This document shows, piece after piece, positions 24,207 through 37,700 of a stretch of 64,000 bases of DNA. Under the pieces are notes generated by a model. The model saw only the letters and a program-made list of their open reading frames with translations, made no database searches and had not been told where the DNA came from. Made by a program: the position numbers and the translations under genes. This DNA comes from Adineta vaga (taxonomy: Eukaryota; Animalia; Rotifera). Position 1 is the first letter of the stretch. Each line of letters begins with the position of its first letter. The stretch lies in assembly GCA_021613535.1 (NCBI GenBank), contig CP075496.1, positions 4,960,001 through 5,024,000 of the forward strand, in the 5' to 3' direction.

Positions 24207-26915
24207 TTAGTGACGTTTCGATGATATTAATTGATTTAATACATTTGCTTCGACAATTAATTCCGACGGTATATTATTAATCAATTTTGCATCATCATCT
24301 TTTAAATGTTCACGAATTTTTTTTTGAATTGTCGATTGTGCTCGAACTAATTCATCATCGGTTTTTGTTTCATAAGCTCGACATGTTTCTTCAAATAAAC
24401 TCTTATTTTCCATAATTAACATGGGATGATCACCGTAACATCGTTGTTGTAATTCGTGATAAATCGCATCCTGCCGTGATTTGTTTCCTTCAATAGTTGC
24501 ATTACCATACATAGATAATAATTTTGAATTATCAAGCAATTGAAGATCTTCCGTATCAAAACTACTATATGTTTTATTCGATAGATATGCTGATAAAGGT
24601 TTATATGGATCATATGAATTACCATGGCATGGTATTACATCAGGTCTTGATGTACGATCGGGAGCATAGTATGGTGCAAATTGAAAACCATGATTTTGTA
24701 ACTGAATTGTTTCTCGTGGATTACTGGATGGCATTTGTGTTGGTACAGATCTATGTTCTTGGCGATCGGTGAATGTTGATTGTCTCTTATGTGGAAATGA
24801 TGAATTTTGAAGCATTGGAGAATAATAGTCTGATGAAGCTGGCATAGGTGATGAATGATTTTCCAATGGATAAGGAATACTAGTTAAATGAGAAAAACCA
24901 ATAGGTTTTTCTGAAATACTAAATAATTCTTCGTCTAAAGATGTCAATAGAGTATTTGGATAAGGAAGTGGACCAGTTGGTTGTAATGGTTTAGGTACGG
25001 GATTTGGACGATGAGAAGGTGGTAGTGATGGAATGCTAGAAAATGTTTCTTGAGGATTGGTTTCGATGCTTTCTTTCTTATCTAATAATATTTGAACAAT
25101 GAAGTTTTCGATTAAAAGTTCAGTATCAATATGAATAATTTTCAAAACATCTGTATTAATTATTTTATGAATTTGTTTTTGTAATTGTCGATATAAACAA
25201 CTTAATTCTTGTACATTTTTTTGATTATATTTTTCTAAATATTTATTAATTGAAAGAATTTCATCCGATGTTAATAATGGACCAATTGATTTGCCTTGTG
25301 TACGTTGATGAAGTTCGTTTAAAATCAATGTTATCAAATTATGATCTATTGTATTATGATATAATTTAATTAAATCAATTGTTTTTTGAGATTTAATATC
25401 AATTGATTTTTCTTGTATTGGTTGTTCTCGATTAATAACTTGCATCGAAGGACGTTGATGTCGATGTTTGTCTTGATTTTTTTCAACTGAATTTGTAAAT
25501 TCCATTAGACTTCGAATAATAGTATCTGTTTGTTTTTGAATTTCTCGATTTTTCAATAGATTCAAATCGGATTTTAATCGTTTAATTAAATATTTAAATT
25601 CTCTGGTTAAATTAATCGATGAACATATTTGACATAATTTTACTGATTGTCTTTTGATTTCTCGAACTTCTTCTGTTAATGCTTTTTCTAACAACTGTTT
25701 TGTTTCGGAAATGGTCAATATTCTTTCTTGATAATTAGTTCGATTCACTTCTCCTTGATCATATTTCTTTGTATATTCAGTTAAAACATCATTTAAACTT
25801 TCTCGACCGATACGAATGGCTTTCTTAGCATGATAATGATTAATATAAGGACAATGATTTGGACATTGCTGACATTTACCATTAAGCATGACTAAACATT
25901 GAGTAAAGATATGTGCACCAATGCCTGTTGTTTCATTTAAATGACAATTATTATGACAAACATAATTACAATTGGCACATAAAGTACTATGATAATCAGC
26001 ATCGATAATTTCGGTTTTTTCAATGGTTTGATTAGTTAAACGAAATTCTTGATCTAATTGAAATATTTCATCATGAATTTTTTGTATTTGAATCAGTTCC
26101 AAATGTGCTTGATGCAAAATAGATCTGATTTCATTTCGTGTTTGTTTTAATTGAAGAAAAGAATCAATGGATATTTGTTTAAATGAATCAACTATTTGAA
26201 GTATACATTTGATTTGATTCATTGAATATTCCCAATCATACTGTAATTCATCGCGAATTGCTGCTCGCCATATACGAGGATCCGATGCAAATGCATCATT
26301 TTGCATATGAAATGGATAGACTTTTCCATGTAAATTTAAAACATTTAAATCAAATAATGATTCATGTTTTTTAACATTTGTTAATATAACGATAACATTT
26401 TCTAAGATAATGTCTGGAATGTTTCCATGTAATAGATCAATTATTCGACGAAAATGACCTGTTAATCGACAATTTGAACCATTAACAACAATAATAATCG
26501 ATGTTAAATCACCAAGTTCAGTTATTGCATCGATTATTTTAGTTATATTCGCATCATTTTGTTCATTACCACGAGTATCTGCAAGACCTGGTGTATCAAG
26601 AAATAGATATTGTTTACTCGTATTTGAATCAGTAAATATGTATTGAGTACATGTATTCGTTTTCGATCGCGTATTATCATTGATATTGGATTCATCATGA
26701 GAGAAGTTTTCAGTTGAAAATTGATGATATTTCGATGGAATAGCTACTTTAAGATTATTTAGAGATCCATGTAGAAAATAGTTAGTAAAATAGTTAATTA
26801 ATGTGGATTTCCCAGCTCCACTTTCACCAATCAACAGAATTTTTGATAGATTTCCCAGATTTGTACGTTGGTCAGTAGAGGGTATCGATGGATGAATTGA
26901 ATACGAGTGTGACAT
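24207..26915 (-). CDS. Intronless P-loop GTPase (AIG1/septin-like TRAFAC) with Cys/His-rich module, coiled coil and duplicated C-terminal domain
   Basis: ~900-aa ORF. G1 GESGAGKS, G2 SKT, G3 DTPG. Cys cluster LCANCNYVCHNNC...GKCQQCPNHCPYINHYH. Confidence 0.88.
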   Translation of the reverse strand: MSHSYSIHPSIPSTDQRTNLGNLSKILLIGESGAGKSTLINYFTNYFLHGSLNNLKVAIPSKYHQFSTENFSHDESNINDNTRSKTNTCTQYIFTDSNTSKQYLFLDTPGLADTRGNEQNDANITKIIDAITELGDLTSIIIVVNGSNCRLTGHFRRIIDLLHGNIPDIILENVIVILTNVKKHESLFDLNVLNLHGKVYPFHMQNDAFASDPRIWRAAIRDELQYDWEYSMNQIKCILQIVDSFKQISIDSFLQLKQTRNEIRSILHQAHLELIQIQKIHDEIFQLDQEFRLTNQTIEKTEIIDADYHSTLCANCNYVCHNNCHLNETTGIGAHIFTQCLVMLNGKCQQCPNHCPYINHYHAKKAIRIGRESLNDVLTEYTKKYDQGEVNRTNYQERILTISETKQLLEKALTEEVREIKRQSVKLCQICSSINLTREFKYLIKRLKSDLNLLKNREIQKQTDTIIRSLMEFTNSVEKNQDKHRHQRPSMQVINREQPIQEKSIDIKSQKTIDLIKLYHNTIDHNLITLILNELHQRTQGKSIGPLLTSDEILSINKYLEKYNQKNVQELSCLYRQLQKQIHKIINTDVLKIIHIDTELLIENFIVQILLDKKESIETNPQETFSSIPSLPPSHRPNPVPKPLQPTGPLPYPNTLLTSLDEELFSISEKPIGFSHLTSIPYPLENHSSPMPASSDYYSPMLQNSSFPHKRQSTFTDRQEHRSVPTQMPSSNPRETIQLQNHGFQFAPYYAPDRTSRPDVIPCHGNSYDPYKPLSAYLSNKTYSSFDTEDLQLLDNSKLLSMYGNATIEGNKSRQDAIYHELQQRCYGDHPMLIMENKSLFEETCRAYETKTDDELVRAQSTIQKKIREHLKDDDAKLINNIPSELIVEANVLNQLISSKRH

Positions 26916-27539
26916 TAGTTTCAATTAATGAAAAAAAGAAAAAATCTAAAATATTGAACAAAATCGTTTTAAACAAAACATCAATGAATATTTCGTCATT
27001 AACAGTGACATTATCAATAATTAATATTCAATCATTAAACTTTCTCAGTTGAAGTGTAGTTGAATATGAACTAAATCGATATCGGATCATCAGAATATAT
27101 TACTTATTTAACATTTTTTTCTTTAAAATAATGCTTACTTCCCTTTTTTGTTTCTCTCGCAATGTTTTGTAATACTCCAAACTGATGTACACATTGTAAA
27201 ATGCATGATTTTTTGCATGAAAAGGTAAATTTATAGTCTCATTAGACAGGCTCGAAGAAAGTAAATAAACAAACAAGACACGTTATTGATGAGGTATTGC
27301 TTTCTATCTTTTGCAATCGCAAACCTTTAGTTTACATAAAGAGAGAGAGAGAGAGAGAGATAAAAACGGAATTTTCCAACCGATGTCATGCCTCTGCTCG
27401 AAAAACATAAGTGAATTTATTGTCAAGATTTTGAAAGAATTTTGTGAATTTGGATAGGTGAATTCATTCAGTGTTTGTGATTTTCATAATACAACACACT
27501 CTTATTGGAAAGTCACGTTTTTCTTCCTAGACTTTGTTT

Positions 27540-27693
27540 CAGGCATGCAACCAGAAATTTTTTTGGGGGAGGACCGTCATGGAGAAAACGAGATATTTTT
27601 CCGCTCGAAAAAAATAACCTGTTTCCCCCTCCAGGTAATTTAATCTTGAAGGGGGGATCGATTCCCATAATCCCCCCTTTCGGTTCGTCACTG
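27540..27693. mobile_element. hAT-superfamily MITE, 154 bp
   Basis: Exact 8-bp target-site duplication CTTTGTTT (27532-27539 and 27694-27701). Imperfect TIRs CAGGCATGCAACCAGAAA / CAGTGACGAACCGAAA. GC-rich interior with G5-G6/C5-C6 runs. Confidence 0.85.
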
Positions 27694-28560
27694 CTTTGTT
27701 TCATCGAATAAATTTGACTACAATACATCTGATGTGTTCCTCTTCTGAACACTTTACTATACAGATTCTTGTAAAGCTTCATTAGCAACTTGAAACAAGT
27801 TCAATTTTTTTGTGATAAACAAAAAAACATTGCATGTAGAATTTGATGATAGGAAATACAATAAAAATCAATAGAAATTACGAAAATTATATATCTGTAG
27901 TGAAACTGAACAGTGCTCAATCAAAGACAGACAAACTCTCAAACATCGTATTCGGAAAAAAAGTGAATCGGATAGATGTCACTTTAAACAACAAATTACT
28001 TATCTAATTAAAAAAGATTAGAATGAAATTTTTATTTCTAATGAAAAAACTTTATTAATTAATATTCTTTGAATTAAATAAATAGATCAATTTCATAATG
28101 AACTGTTTCGAGGTCGTTACCTTGAAAACGTTCTTTTCAAAATATTGACCGATGGAAGCAAGAGAAAAATTCATCGCACATTTTTTCTCTTCACATAAAC
28201 GCTATTCAGTACGAAAATTGCAGTGAAACAAAAACAAGAAATTATTTACTCCCACTTCGATCACAAGACATATCCTTCATATTTTTTTCTACCTATTTTC
28301 TTTCCATAATCAAACATCATTCAACAAAGGTATGAATAAAGACTAAATGTTCTTTTGATTTATACGCATGTACATTGAAAGGAAACTTTGGATTGTAAAT
28401 CATCGATTATGACGAGAATATTCGCAGTTTCTTGTTCAATCTAATAAAAACTAACACTTCCATTGCGCATAAATAAACATTATTCTACAAGAAAACCTTA
28501 TAAGCATCAATTGATAGGATTCTTTATAGTAATTTGAATACATTTCTAGATAAGAATCAA

Positions 28561-31500
28561 ATGGCTCTTAAACGTAAAACACGTAATTTACCTAATCTAA
28601 ATGATGCTGATAAACGTAATCAAGTAAATTAATTTCTTTTAGTTTCTTTTTTCTTAATTTACTTGTTCCTTGTTTCCTAGATGTCCTTTTTTGATCCGGT
28701 TTATCAAAATGATGATGAAAGTGATGGTGAATTATCAATGAATAGTTCATCTCGTCAAACATTTCAAGATGAATCGAATGAAACATTGAATGCTAATCCA
28801 ACAACACAAACTGAAAATGATGAAACATTAGATGATGACTCATTAGAAGTATTGGACAACAATAAAGATGAAAATAGTTTATCATAATGATTTTATATTT
28901 AGATTTCGGCAACAAGAATTTTTGCTCGAATAAAACAAATTCAAAGTTCTATTCAACAAGCACAGACTATGTTAGATTCCATGGAAAGATTTAAGCATTT
29001 AGTTGTAAGTGGATTAAATCTATTTAAATATTGTGAATATAATATTTTCTTTTTTTTTCTATTCATAGCCGGGAAGTGATGATCAATGTGAAAAACTTCG
29101 TGTGATCATTTCGAATCTTGAAGAACAGCAAGCTGGTTATATGAATTTATTTAATTTGATTACAGTAAATTTCAAATTAGTCTGATAGTCTTAAGTTTAG
29201 TCTAAGTTCTTTATTGAATTCATTAGAATAATATTTTTTATCAATAGTCAATCAATTGTTAAGTATTGTTCAAAACGAGAGAACAATGAACCTAGTTCAC
29301 TGTACAATCAATTGTAAATTTTGTATTTGCTTGAAAAAGATATTCTAAAATTGATCTTCAAAGCGAGTCTTTTCATCTCTTTCTCAACTATTCCTGCAGG
29401 ATAGTAAATGTTAATTCTCTTTTTTTAATTCAATGATAGATGCGTATCAAATATCGTATAATATTTCTATTTAGTTAACAAATGAAGAAAGATCCGAATT
29501 GATGAATAAAATGTCTTCAACTGATGGTCTAGCACCTGCATATAACAATGAACAATTGAATGACGACGACGACAACGACGATGATGATGAAGAGGAAGAA
29601 GAAAAGAATGCGAATAAACCACCAACTCAACGAAAAGTTCAATTTCCAACTTGTCCACGTGTTGAAAGTAAAACTGGTTTAAAACCATCTACATCATTGA
29701 ACCAACCACAAATGAATAGTTCGGATAATGAACAAAATACTCGTAATGATAATTCAAATTATGATTCACTTGTTGGTAGTCTTAAAAGTGACACACTCAA
29801 TTGGAAAGATCAACAATCAACAGTAATACTTCTGAAAAAAAAAGATATTTTTATCGTTTGTATGTGTTTAATATTGAACTTTTTTTTAGTCTGGTGATGA
29901 AGGAAGTGATGTTGAAAATGATAAAGAACTCGAAAGAAATTTAATGCTTCAAAAAGAACAAGTAAGAGCGAAAGAAATACTTTTGTTTGATATAGACTTA
30001 AATCATTTTTTCATTTTTATCTTAAGCTTCGAGCATTGCAAGGTCAAAAACGAGCTTTATTAGCATTAAAAAAACGTTCAGAAAAACGTTTATTCGAACA
30101 ACAAGAACAATTGCTAAATCAAAAGTCTAATAATAAAAAAGAAGAACCAAAAGACGATAATCTTCTATCAGATATAAATCATCTTCGAGATCGGTAGAGA
30201 TTCATTGAATTCTATACCATTCTTTAATGCCTTTTTTATTTTATTTAGATTACAATTACTTCGAAATTTATATGAACAAAAACATGACGTTGAAGTTCAA
30301 CAAATAAAGAAGTAAATTTATTTTGTCATGAATCTAAATATTACTCTTTAATTTTAGTTCAACGAAAGTACAAACAAAACCAGCTGAAAATCGTGCACAA
30401 AATCTAGAACATGTTCGTCAACAATTAAATGAATTGGAAGAAATTGTGAATTATTATCAATTGGATTTAATGGATCAACCTGAAGAAGAAACAACAGTTT
30501 ATGAAGAAGATCAAATTCAACCGGATGATGTTCAACGTTTAAAATCACTTATTATTCAACAAAAACAACAAACATCATCGTCTCAAACAAATCACAATGA
30601 GAATACAGCTAAACCATTGAATAAATTATCGGATGAATTAGCCACAAAACGATTGTAAGTGATGTTTTTAGGATAAAAATACATAGGAGATATTCTGAAA
30701 TCAAAAAATTGAATAATAATTCAGTTCTCTTTAGAAAAAAACAATGATTTGATTCGAATTTCTTTTCTCTAGAGAGCTCGAACAGGCCAAATTCGCTCTG
30801 AATCGTCTTCAACAAATGGTCAAAACAATCGAACCTGATCAACCTTCATCATCAGTTCGTTCCACACCAGTTCCATCATCTTCCAACAAACAAACGAAAA
30901 CAAACGAACAAAATCTTTCATCTATTTCAACGACAAAAATATCTCCAAAATCAAACGAAAAAACGAATTCGATTTTAACGACAAACACATATGCTGATGC
31001 AAAAATGGCAGCACAACATCGAGAAATCGAACGACTAGTCGAATCTCGTCAACGTTTACAATCGCTAAAAGATCAAATTGCATCATTACATCAAAGTATG
31101 ACAACGCCACCGATTCCATTAAAAACAGGTTTGAAAAATAAAATAGAAAACAAAATTGTTCATTGTACAAATAGATTTAGTAGATACGACAGAAGTCGAA
31201 AACCAACGTCCAAAATCATCGTATAAAAATCAAGCGAACACATCAGAACGTCGAAATACTGATGATAATAATTTGCAATTGTATCGTTTTGAATGTGAAT
31301 CAGGCGATGGAGAAGAAACAGATGAAGATTCTGGTAGTTTCCTCCTATTTGAAAATAAGATAATATACATCATCTTTCTATTACTTTTTTTCTAGATGAA
31401 GAAATTCAACCTCGAATTAAACAAGGAGTAGGTTTTATATTTTCAATTTGTTCATTGAAATCTATTGCAATTATTCTCTTTAGAATTTTCATGCAGCTGA

Positions 31501-33648
31501 AGATATCGTTGCTGAACATGAACAACGTTTATTATCCAATAAAAAATCTGATCAAAATGATGATTTAAGTGCGCAAATGCGTGAAATTTGTCGTTGTTTA
31601 TCAACATTTATTCAAGAACAAAAATCGTTCAATCGTCATATTGAAGAACATTTAACTGCTGCAACGAATAATTCTTCACGAGCATCTGTACCTTCGGTAT
31701 CCAATGTTGGTGGTAGTAGTGGTGATGCTCTATTCAATCAACTTCAACAACAAGTTCTTACACAAGGATTAATTGTTAATTTAAATACAGCTTATCGTGA
31801 AATCGCTGTTTTACAATCAGAAATAAATGCATTACAATCCGAAAATAATCGTTTAACATCATCATTATCATCGTATGATAGTCAATATCAACATAAAGCA
31901 CGATTGAATTCACGAGATAATTCAAAAGAATCACTTTATAGTACCGAACGAACCAGAACAGTTCGTCCACAAGTACGACCGAAATTAAATGAATATGTTC
32001 AACCTTTCGATGCAAATTTATTAACAAAGTACAATCAATTTGAAAATTCGAGTAAAACATCATTCAACAGTCAAAGTACAGGAAAACGAACGGCGATTAA
32101 TTTCGACAAAAATCAAATGGAAATAACGCCAACTAAACATGAAAGAAATGGTAATGAAAACTACGAATACTTATAAAACTTGAACTGAATATCTGTTTGT
32201 TTTAGGAACATTTATTGCTGATCGTTTAGCATCACCAAAACCTACTTACTCAAATACGAAACAAATATCTGATGAATATGAAATAACTTCTAATCAATAT
32301 CGTCATTCTTCCAAAAGTGTACCCTCGAAATCTTTCATTATTCGTCGTCGATTCATCACAAATGACAATGAAGATAGTCTTATTCAATCTTCGTCGTCTA
32401 ATTATGATCAACGATTACAACAGAATACATTTGATGACGACGACGAAGACGACGATGATGATGATGATGATGAAATGATGATGATAATGAAAGTGATGAT
32501 GAAAAACAAAAAGATAATCTTTCACGAACTATTTTCAATACACAACTTACAGGTTATCTTTCCTCATCAGCTCAAGTAAGCAATTTTATTTCCAGAGTAA
32601 ATCGTACGAAAAGAAAAAAACTCTTCGTCTTTTCGTTTAGGAATATGATAATGTTGACATTCAAACGCTCAATTTACAAGTGAAAGCAATTATGGTTCAA
32701 TTGATTCCGTATGTACATAATCGAAGGAAAAATTAGTTCGATCGATTTTCTTCTTGTTTAAGATTTATGCGTTTACAAATCAATGAAACATTCAACCATA
32801 CACTTCTCAATAATATTCGTGATCGTCTGATATTTTTATTCAGACGACAACCAGATACAGCTGATTTAGTTTCTCAATTTCAAGATCAATTTTCTGAATC
32901 ACTCGAAAAAATTATCGATAAATATTGTGGAATAACGTAAATAGAATATTTCATTATTAATTAGATCTATATTTTTTCTTCTATCTTATTAAAGCATTCG
33001 AGATTGTGCCGCTAATCTAATTCGTGATATAGCTGATGTTGTATTCGATGAATTAGTAAAATATAAAGTAATTAAAGATACAACTGATAATAATCAAACA
33101 ACGAATAATGGTAATGAACAAATGATTCAATCATTAACTAAACAACAAGATGAATATTCAAATTTAGTATGTGCTATTGAAATCAATAAATATCGTGTTT
33201 TTCCTTAAAAAAGAGATTGTTTTAGTATACGTTATCGAGTTTGGAATCTACACAAGAAACATCATTAAATGACGATGGCGAAAATGAAAATAAATATCAA
33301 ATTGAATTAGCTGAATCGGAAAGTCGACCATTAACATTGTATGTGAACACAAAAAGAAAGCAGAATTTTATAGAAATTTGTTGTCTTTTTTTCTTTGATA
33401 GAGTTGGTAGTGATGAAGAAGATAATGATTCTGATCAAGAAGAAAGTCAAGATAGTGAATTGGAAACGGCTGTTTCACGTCAAGAAATTAATCTCAATCA
33501 AAATGAGATAACATCATCCAGTGAATCGAATTCAAATGGACTTGGATATGTTATGGTCAATTGTTCAACAAGTAACGATACTGTTAATGAAAGTGTACCG
33601 GAGGATGATGACAAAAAGACAAAAACTGATAATGTCCTCGATTCATAA
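28561..33648 (+). CDS. PCM1: Pericentriolar material 1-like coiled-coil protein
   Basis: Many short-intron exons. N-terminal IFARIKQIQSSIQQA, C-terminal DIQTLNLQVKAIMVQLIPFM and QIELAESESRPLT..GSDEED resemble PCM1 conserved blocks. Apparent 1-nt frameshift near 32474. Confidence 0.72.
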
Positions 33649-34338
33649 AATGATGCATGCTTTTCTTTTCTTTTCTTTTGTATAGAATACATGATCATTT
33701 GTATATGCGAGTGGTTTTCTTCTCTTTTTGCACTTGAATTTTCGTCGATTTTTGTTTTGTTTGTGTCCCTGTGAATATCTTGAAAATCTAGCATTCCATT
33801 GAAATGATCACCTCTTTGATACTAAAAATTTTTTGTTTTGCTTATGAATTACTAATCACTTTTTCTTATATCATTGTAAACGCGAATGATACTTTTACTT
33901 GCACTTTTGGTTTCACAATAAATAAATAAAAAACAAGGTAATGAAAAAGATCAATCTTCTCATTTCTTTTCTCATCACAACAATATGAAGACAAGGGAAT
34001 ACGTCCGTAGACTTGTTCATATTGATAATAGTATATAGCTGTCGTAAAATGGATTGATGTCGAATATGTCTGCTGTCCGCTCTCAGCCAACACTCAAGAT
34101 ATCACAAAAAAACAGATGTATGTAGATTGAACAGTTAACTTCGATGAAGTAGTTCAAGTAGTTCATTTTCTTGATAAATTGATATCTATATGATGTCTCT
34201 TGTTCTCTATCATACGACATGAACTTTAACTTTGTCTAACTTATCATTGATTACATATTCAATCAATGTTTGAACTATTCATTGAAGATTAAAGTACATT
34301 GCTATGTTCATATCATTAACTATACTAACTTTATAAAA

Positions 34339-34393
34339 TATCGTCTGATACACTAGGTAAGTCTATCGTCTGATACACTAGATAAGTCTATCG
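34339..34393. repeat. 25-bp tandem duplication
   Basis: TATCGTCTGATACACTAG(G/A)TAAGTC twice plus a partial third copy, with one mismatch. Confidence 0.9.
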
Positions 34394-34768
34394 CGAAAAC
34401 AACCATTTCGATTCATGATTTATATACGAACAGTAGATAACATGTAGCTGTCCGATGTATATCAAGAGAATGATAATGGAACACTTCACATTTACACTAT
34501 TCAATTCTTTGCTCTTTCTATCTCTCTCTCTTCTGCTCTTATTACTTGATTCTCGTTAGTACACAACTGCTGTAGATCTTATCAGTTACTATAGATTGAA
34601 TCAGAAGAAGAGAAATGATCATATATATAGAGAAGGAACAAGTTGAATTTTAATCAGTAACTGTCTTATTTTATACACTCTAGAACAAAATACCAGACAA
34701 CATATCGTTATCTATTTGATCACAACGAAGAAGAGTAAAAATATTGATAGGAAAGACGCAGATTCGTA

Positions 34769-37700
34769 ATGATGGCAGCGTCTATAAACCTCTGTTATGT
34801 TCTAGTCTTGTCAATTAGTAAGCCGATGCTTAGTTACATTTGGGTATTCATAATTTTTTTGATACATCATTGTAGTTAGTCGAACTTTAGCCGCACCATT
34901 AACTTCGAATAATCCTGATCCAATATGTTCATTTGGTAAATCGATGTCAATTTTCTTGTAAAAAAAATACTTTTTCTTGTTTATTTTTCTATATAAAGCT
35001 CAACTTGTCGCCCCCGGTCAAGGAACATTGGTGTATAAATATAAAACTGAAGTGAAATTATCTGTTGCCAATGGTCAATATGATTTAAAAAATGAGATCA
35101 CTGCTGATGTTCACATTAAAAGTCTTAGTGATTGCAATTATGCACTTCAAGTAATGATTTGATTGAAATGTTTTCTAGCAACATCATATAATCTTTGTCT
35201 AGCTTCGCAATGTAAAAGTCAGTGAAACTGAAGATGAAAACCAATCATCTTTGGGCTCATCATCTGCTCAAAAAGAACTCGAAAATCTTGTTGTTCGTTT
35301 CCGTTCAGTTGATGGATTTGTCATTGCTGTTGAAGCTGATGCATCGGCGAATATTGATCATGTCAATTTTATCAAGGGTATTCTTAGTGCTCTTCAAGTT
35401 TACTCACCTGTTCCAAAGGATGGTGAAAATATTGTACGTATTCAACAGATAATGTTATACCTTGAAAAGACATTTTTATTTTGAAGGTACGTGAAGAAGA
35501 TGTACTTGGTGTATGTACAACACGATATAAGTACTCACAAAAAGGTGCTGCAACAGAAGTGACTAAAAATAAAGATCTATCAACATGTTCAAAAGACAAA
35601 TTACATTTGAGTTCTAGTCCTGTTTTAACTTCACTTCTTGGTCCATTGGTAAGTATACGATGATAATACATGAATGGGAAGTTTTCATTTCAAATTGTTA
35701 GATGGAAGAAGTTTTCTCTGCGAAAACACGTTATGTATGTCGAACAGATATTCGTGATAAAAAGATTCAATCAGTTCAATGTAAAACAATTGAAATCGAC
35801 TCTGATTCTGCTCGAAAATCATCGAAGAAACATGCTGAACATGATCATGATCATATTCATGGAAGTGATTCCAGTTCAGAAGAAGAAGATGATGAGGTTG
35901 ATTTTGATACTAAAGATGAAGACGAAGAAATTTCCTCAAAACTTGTATCAATTAAACAAGAATTAAAATTACAGACGACTGGTGGCATTAACGTTGATGC
36001 AGGTAGGATCATTTCTTATTTCGATATTTCAAAATTTTGTTATTTGTATGTAACTTGTAGGTGCTGTAAAAAATCCTGTTCGTCAAACATTACAATTTGT
36101 TCCAACTGCATCATTTGAGAAATCGAATGAAGTCGTTTCATCATTAGTTTCAAAAATTCAAGGACTTTTAAAATCAAAAGATTGGGATCAATTCGCTGCA
36201 GCTCGATTTACTGAAATTACAAATGAATTACGACGTATGGACAAAGCAGCTTTGAATAATTTTAAAGCGAATGCTGATATTAAGTAAGATATTATTAACT
36301 TACAATCAGTACCACGATATATGACTATCGTTTATTTCATAGAAATATAGTACCAACATTTTTCAATACAATTTATTCACATGATCCAGATACTTCGACA
36401 TTGAATTTCGATCCTCAAACTTTGAAATTTGCCAATCCATTAGCAATATTATATTTGAGTAGTCCATCGAAAGATTTAGTCGAACAAATTGTTCAAAGTG
36501 CACAAAAAGTAACTGCAGCACAAGTACCTGAATTTGTTGGACTTGCTGCAAATGTTCTCAAAACATATAAAGCACGAGAAGATAATCATAAAGATGCTCA
36601 TAATGTGAGTATCATTTGAAAGTCTTCAATCATTTGTTTTTCTTTTAACTATTGTTATGTTTTATAGAAAATCAAAGAATTTCAAAAAGCCATATCGAAA
36701 TTTCTCAAGAATAATAAAGATGATGCTAAAAATGTCACAACAGCGGTATTAGCTGCCTATGCTCAACTAGGCTTATACGATGATAATGTCAAAGCGTTAG
36801 CTACTGATGATAAAGCATCATTAGAAATTCAATATCAAGCTTTGAATACGATTCGTCATATTTGCGATGATTTTATTGATGATGCAAATCAAGTAAAAAT
36901 TCGAACAGATCTTCAAAATCTTTTGTTGAAAAAACTTCAAAATCAAGCGAATAAAAATGCAGTACGAGTATGGGCATTTGAAGCATTGTATACATCTTTT
37001 ATTTACAATCCTGAAGAAGATGATTCAACATTGGCAGATAATTTAGAAAAAGCTTTATCAGATATTCTCGATCAACCACTTAATCAGGTAAGATCTATAT
37101 CACATCAATTCTTCGTTATTCATGTATTTGAAATAGGTCAATGGTTTTATTTGGTCTGTTTTGAAATATTCTGTTCTTGATCGTCTTTGTCCTTTACGTG
37201 GTCTTGCTGCTCGCCTTCGATCTCATCATAATAATAAAAAACAATTTCTTGAACAAGCAACATTATCGTCACGTCAGATACAAATAGAATTACCACTTCG
37301 TCGAAATTATCGAGCTGTTGTTCATCTATGCGTTGTTTTCGAAGATGATCGAGCAGTTCCATCGTTTATTGGTGGCAAATTAGCATTCGATGGTATTCGT
37401 CGTGAAACTCTCCGATTACCTTGGATTGAAGGCGCATTAATTATAGAAAATTTGGACTGGAATGTAGCCGATTATTTCTTACGTTTAGATCCATTGAATA
37501 AAAATAAAAATGTCGATGATGAATATAAAGATAGTGTCAAAAATAAATTACCAGCTGGTTTAAAAAAACTTCAAGAAGTAAAATCAAACTTTGTTTATGT
37601 CTATTCCTATGAAGATTTTCTTTTTCGTTTTTCCTAGACTCATGATAATAAAGATGAAGATCCTGATCCATCTGTACATCTTTATTTGAAATTATTTGGT

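Noticed and set aside
27340-27360. (GA)n tract; also (TA)n near 38562 and (GT)n near 17902
   Set aside because: Ordinary microsatellites.
27458-27788. Three short ORFs over the GC-rich island
   Set aside because: Explained by the non-coding MITE.
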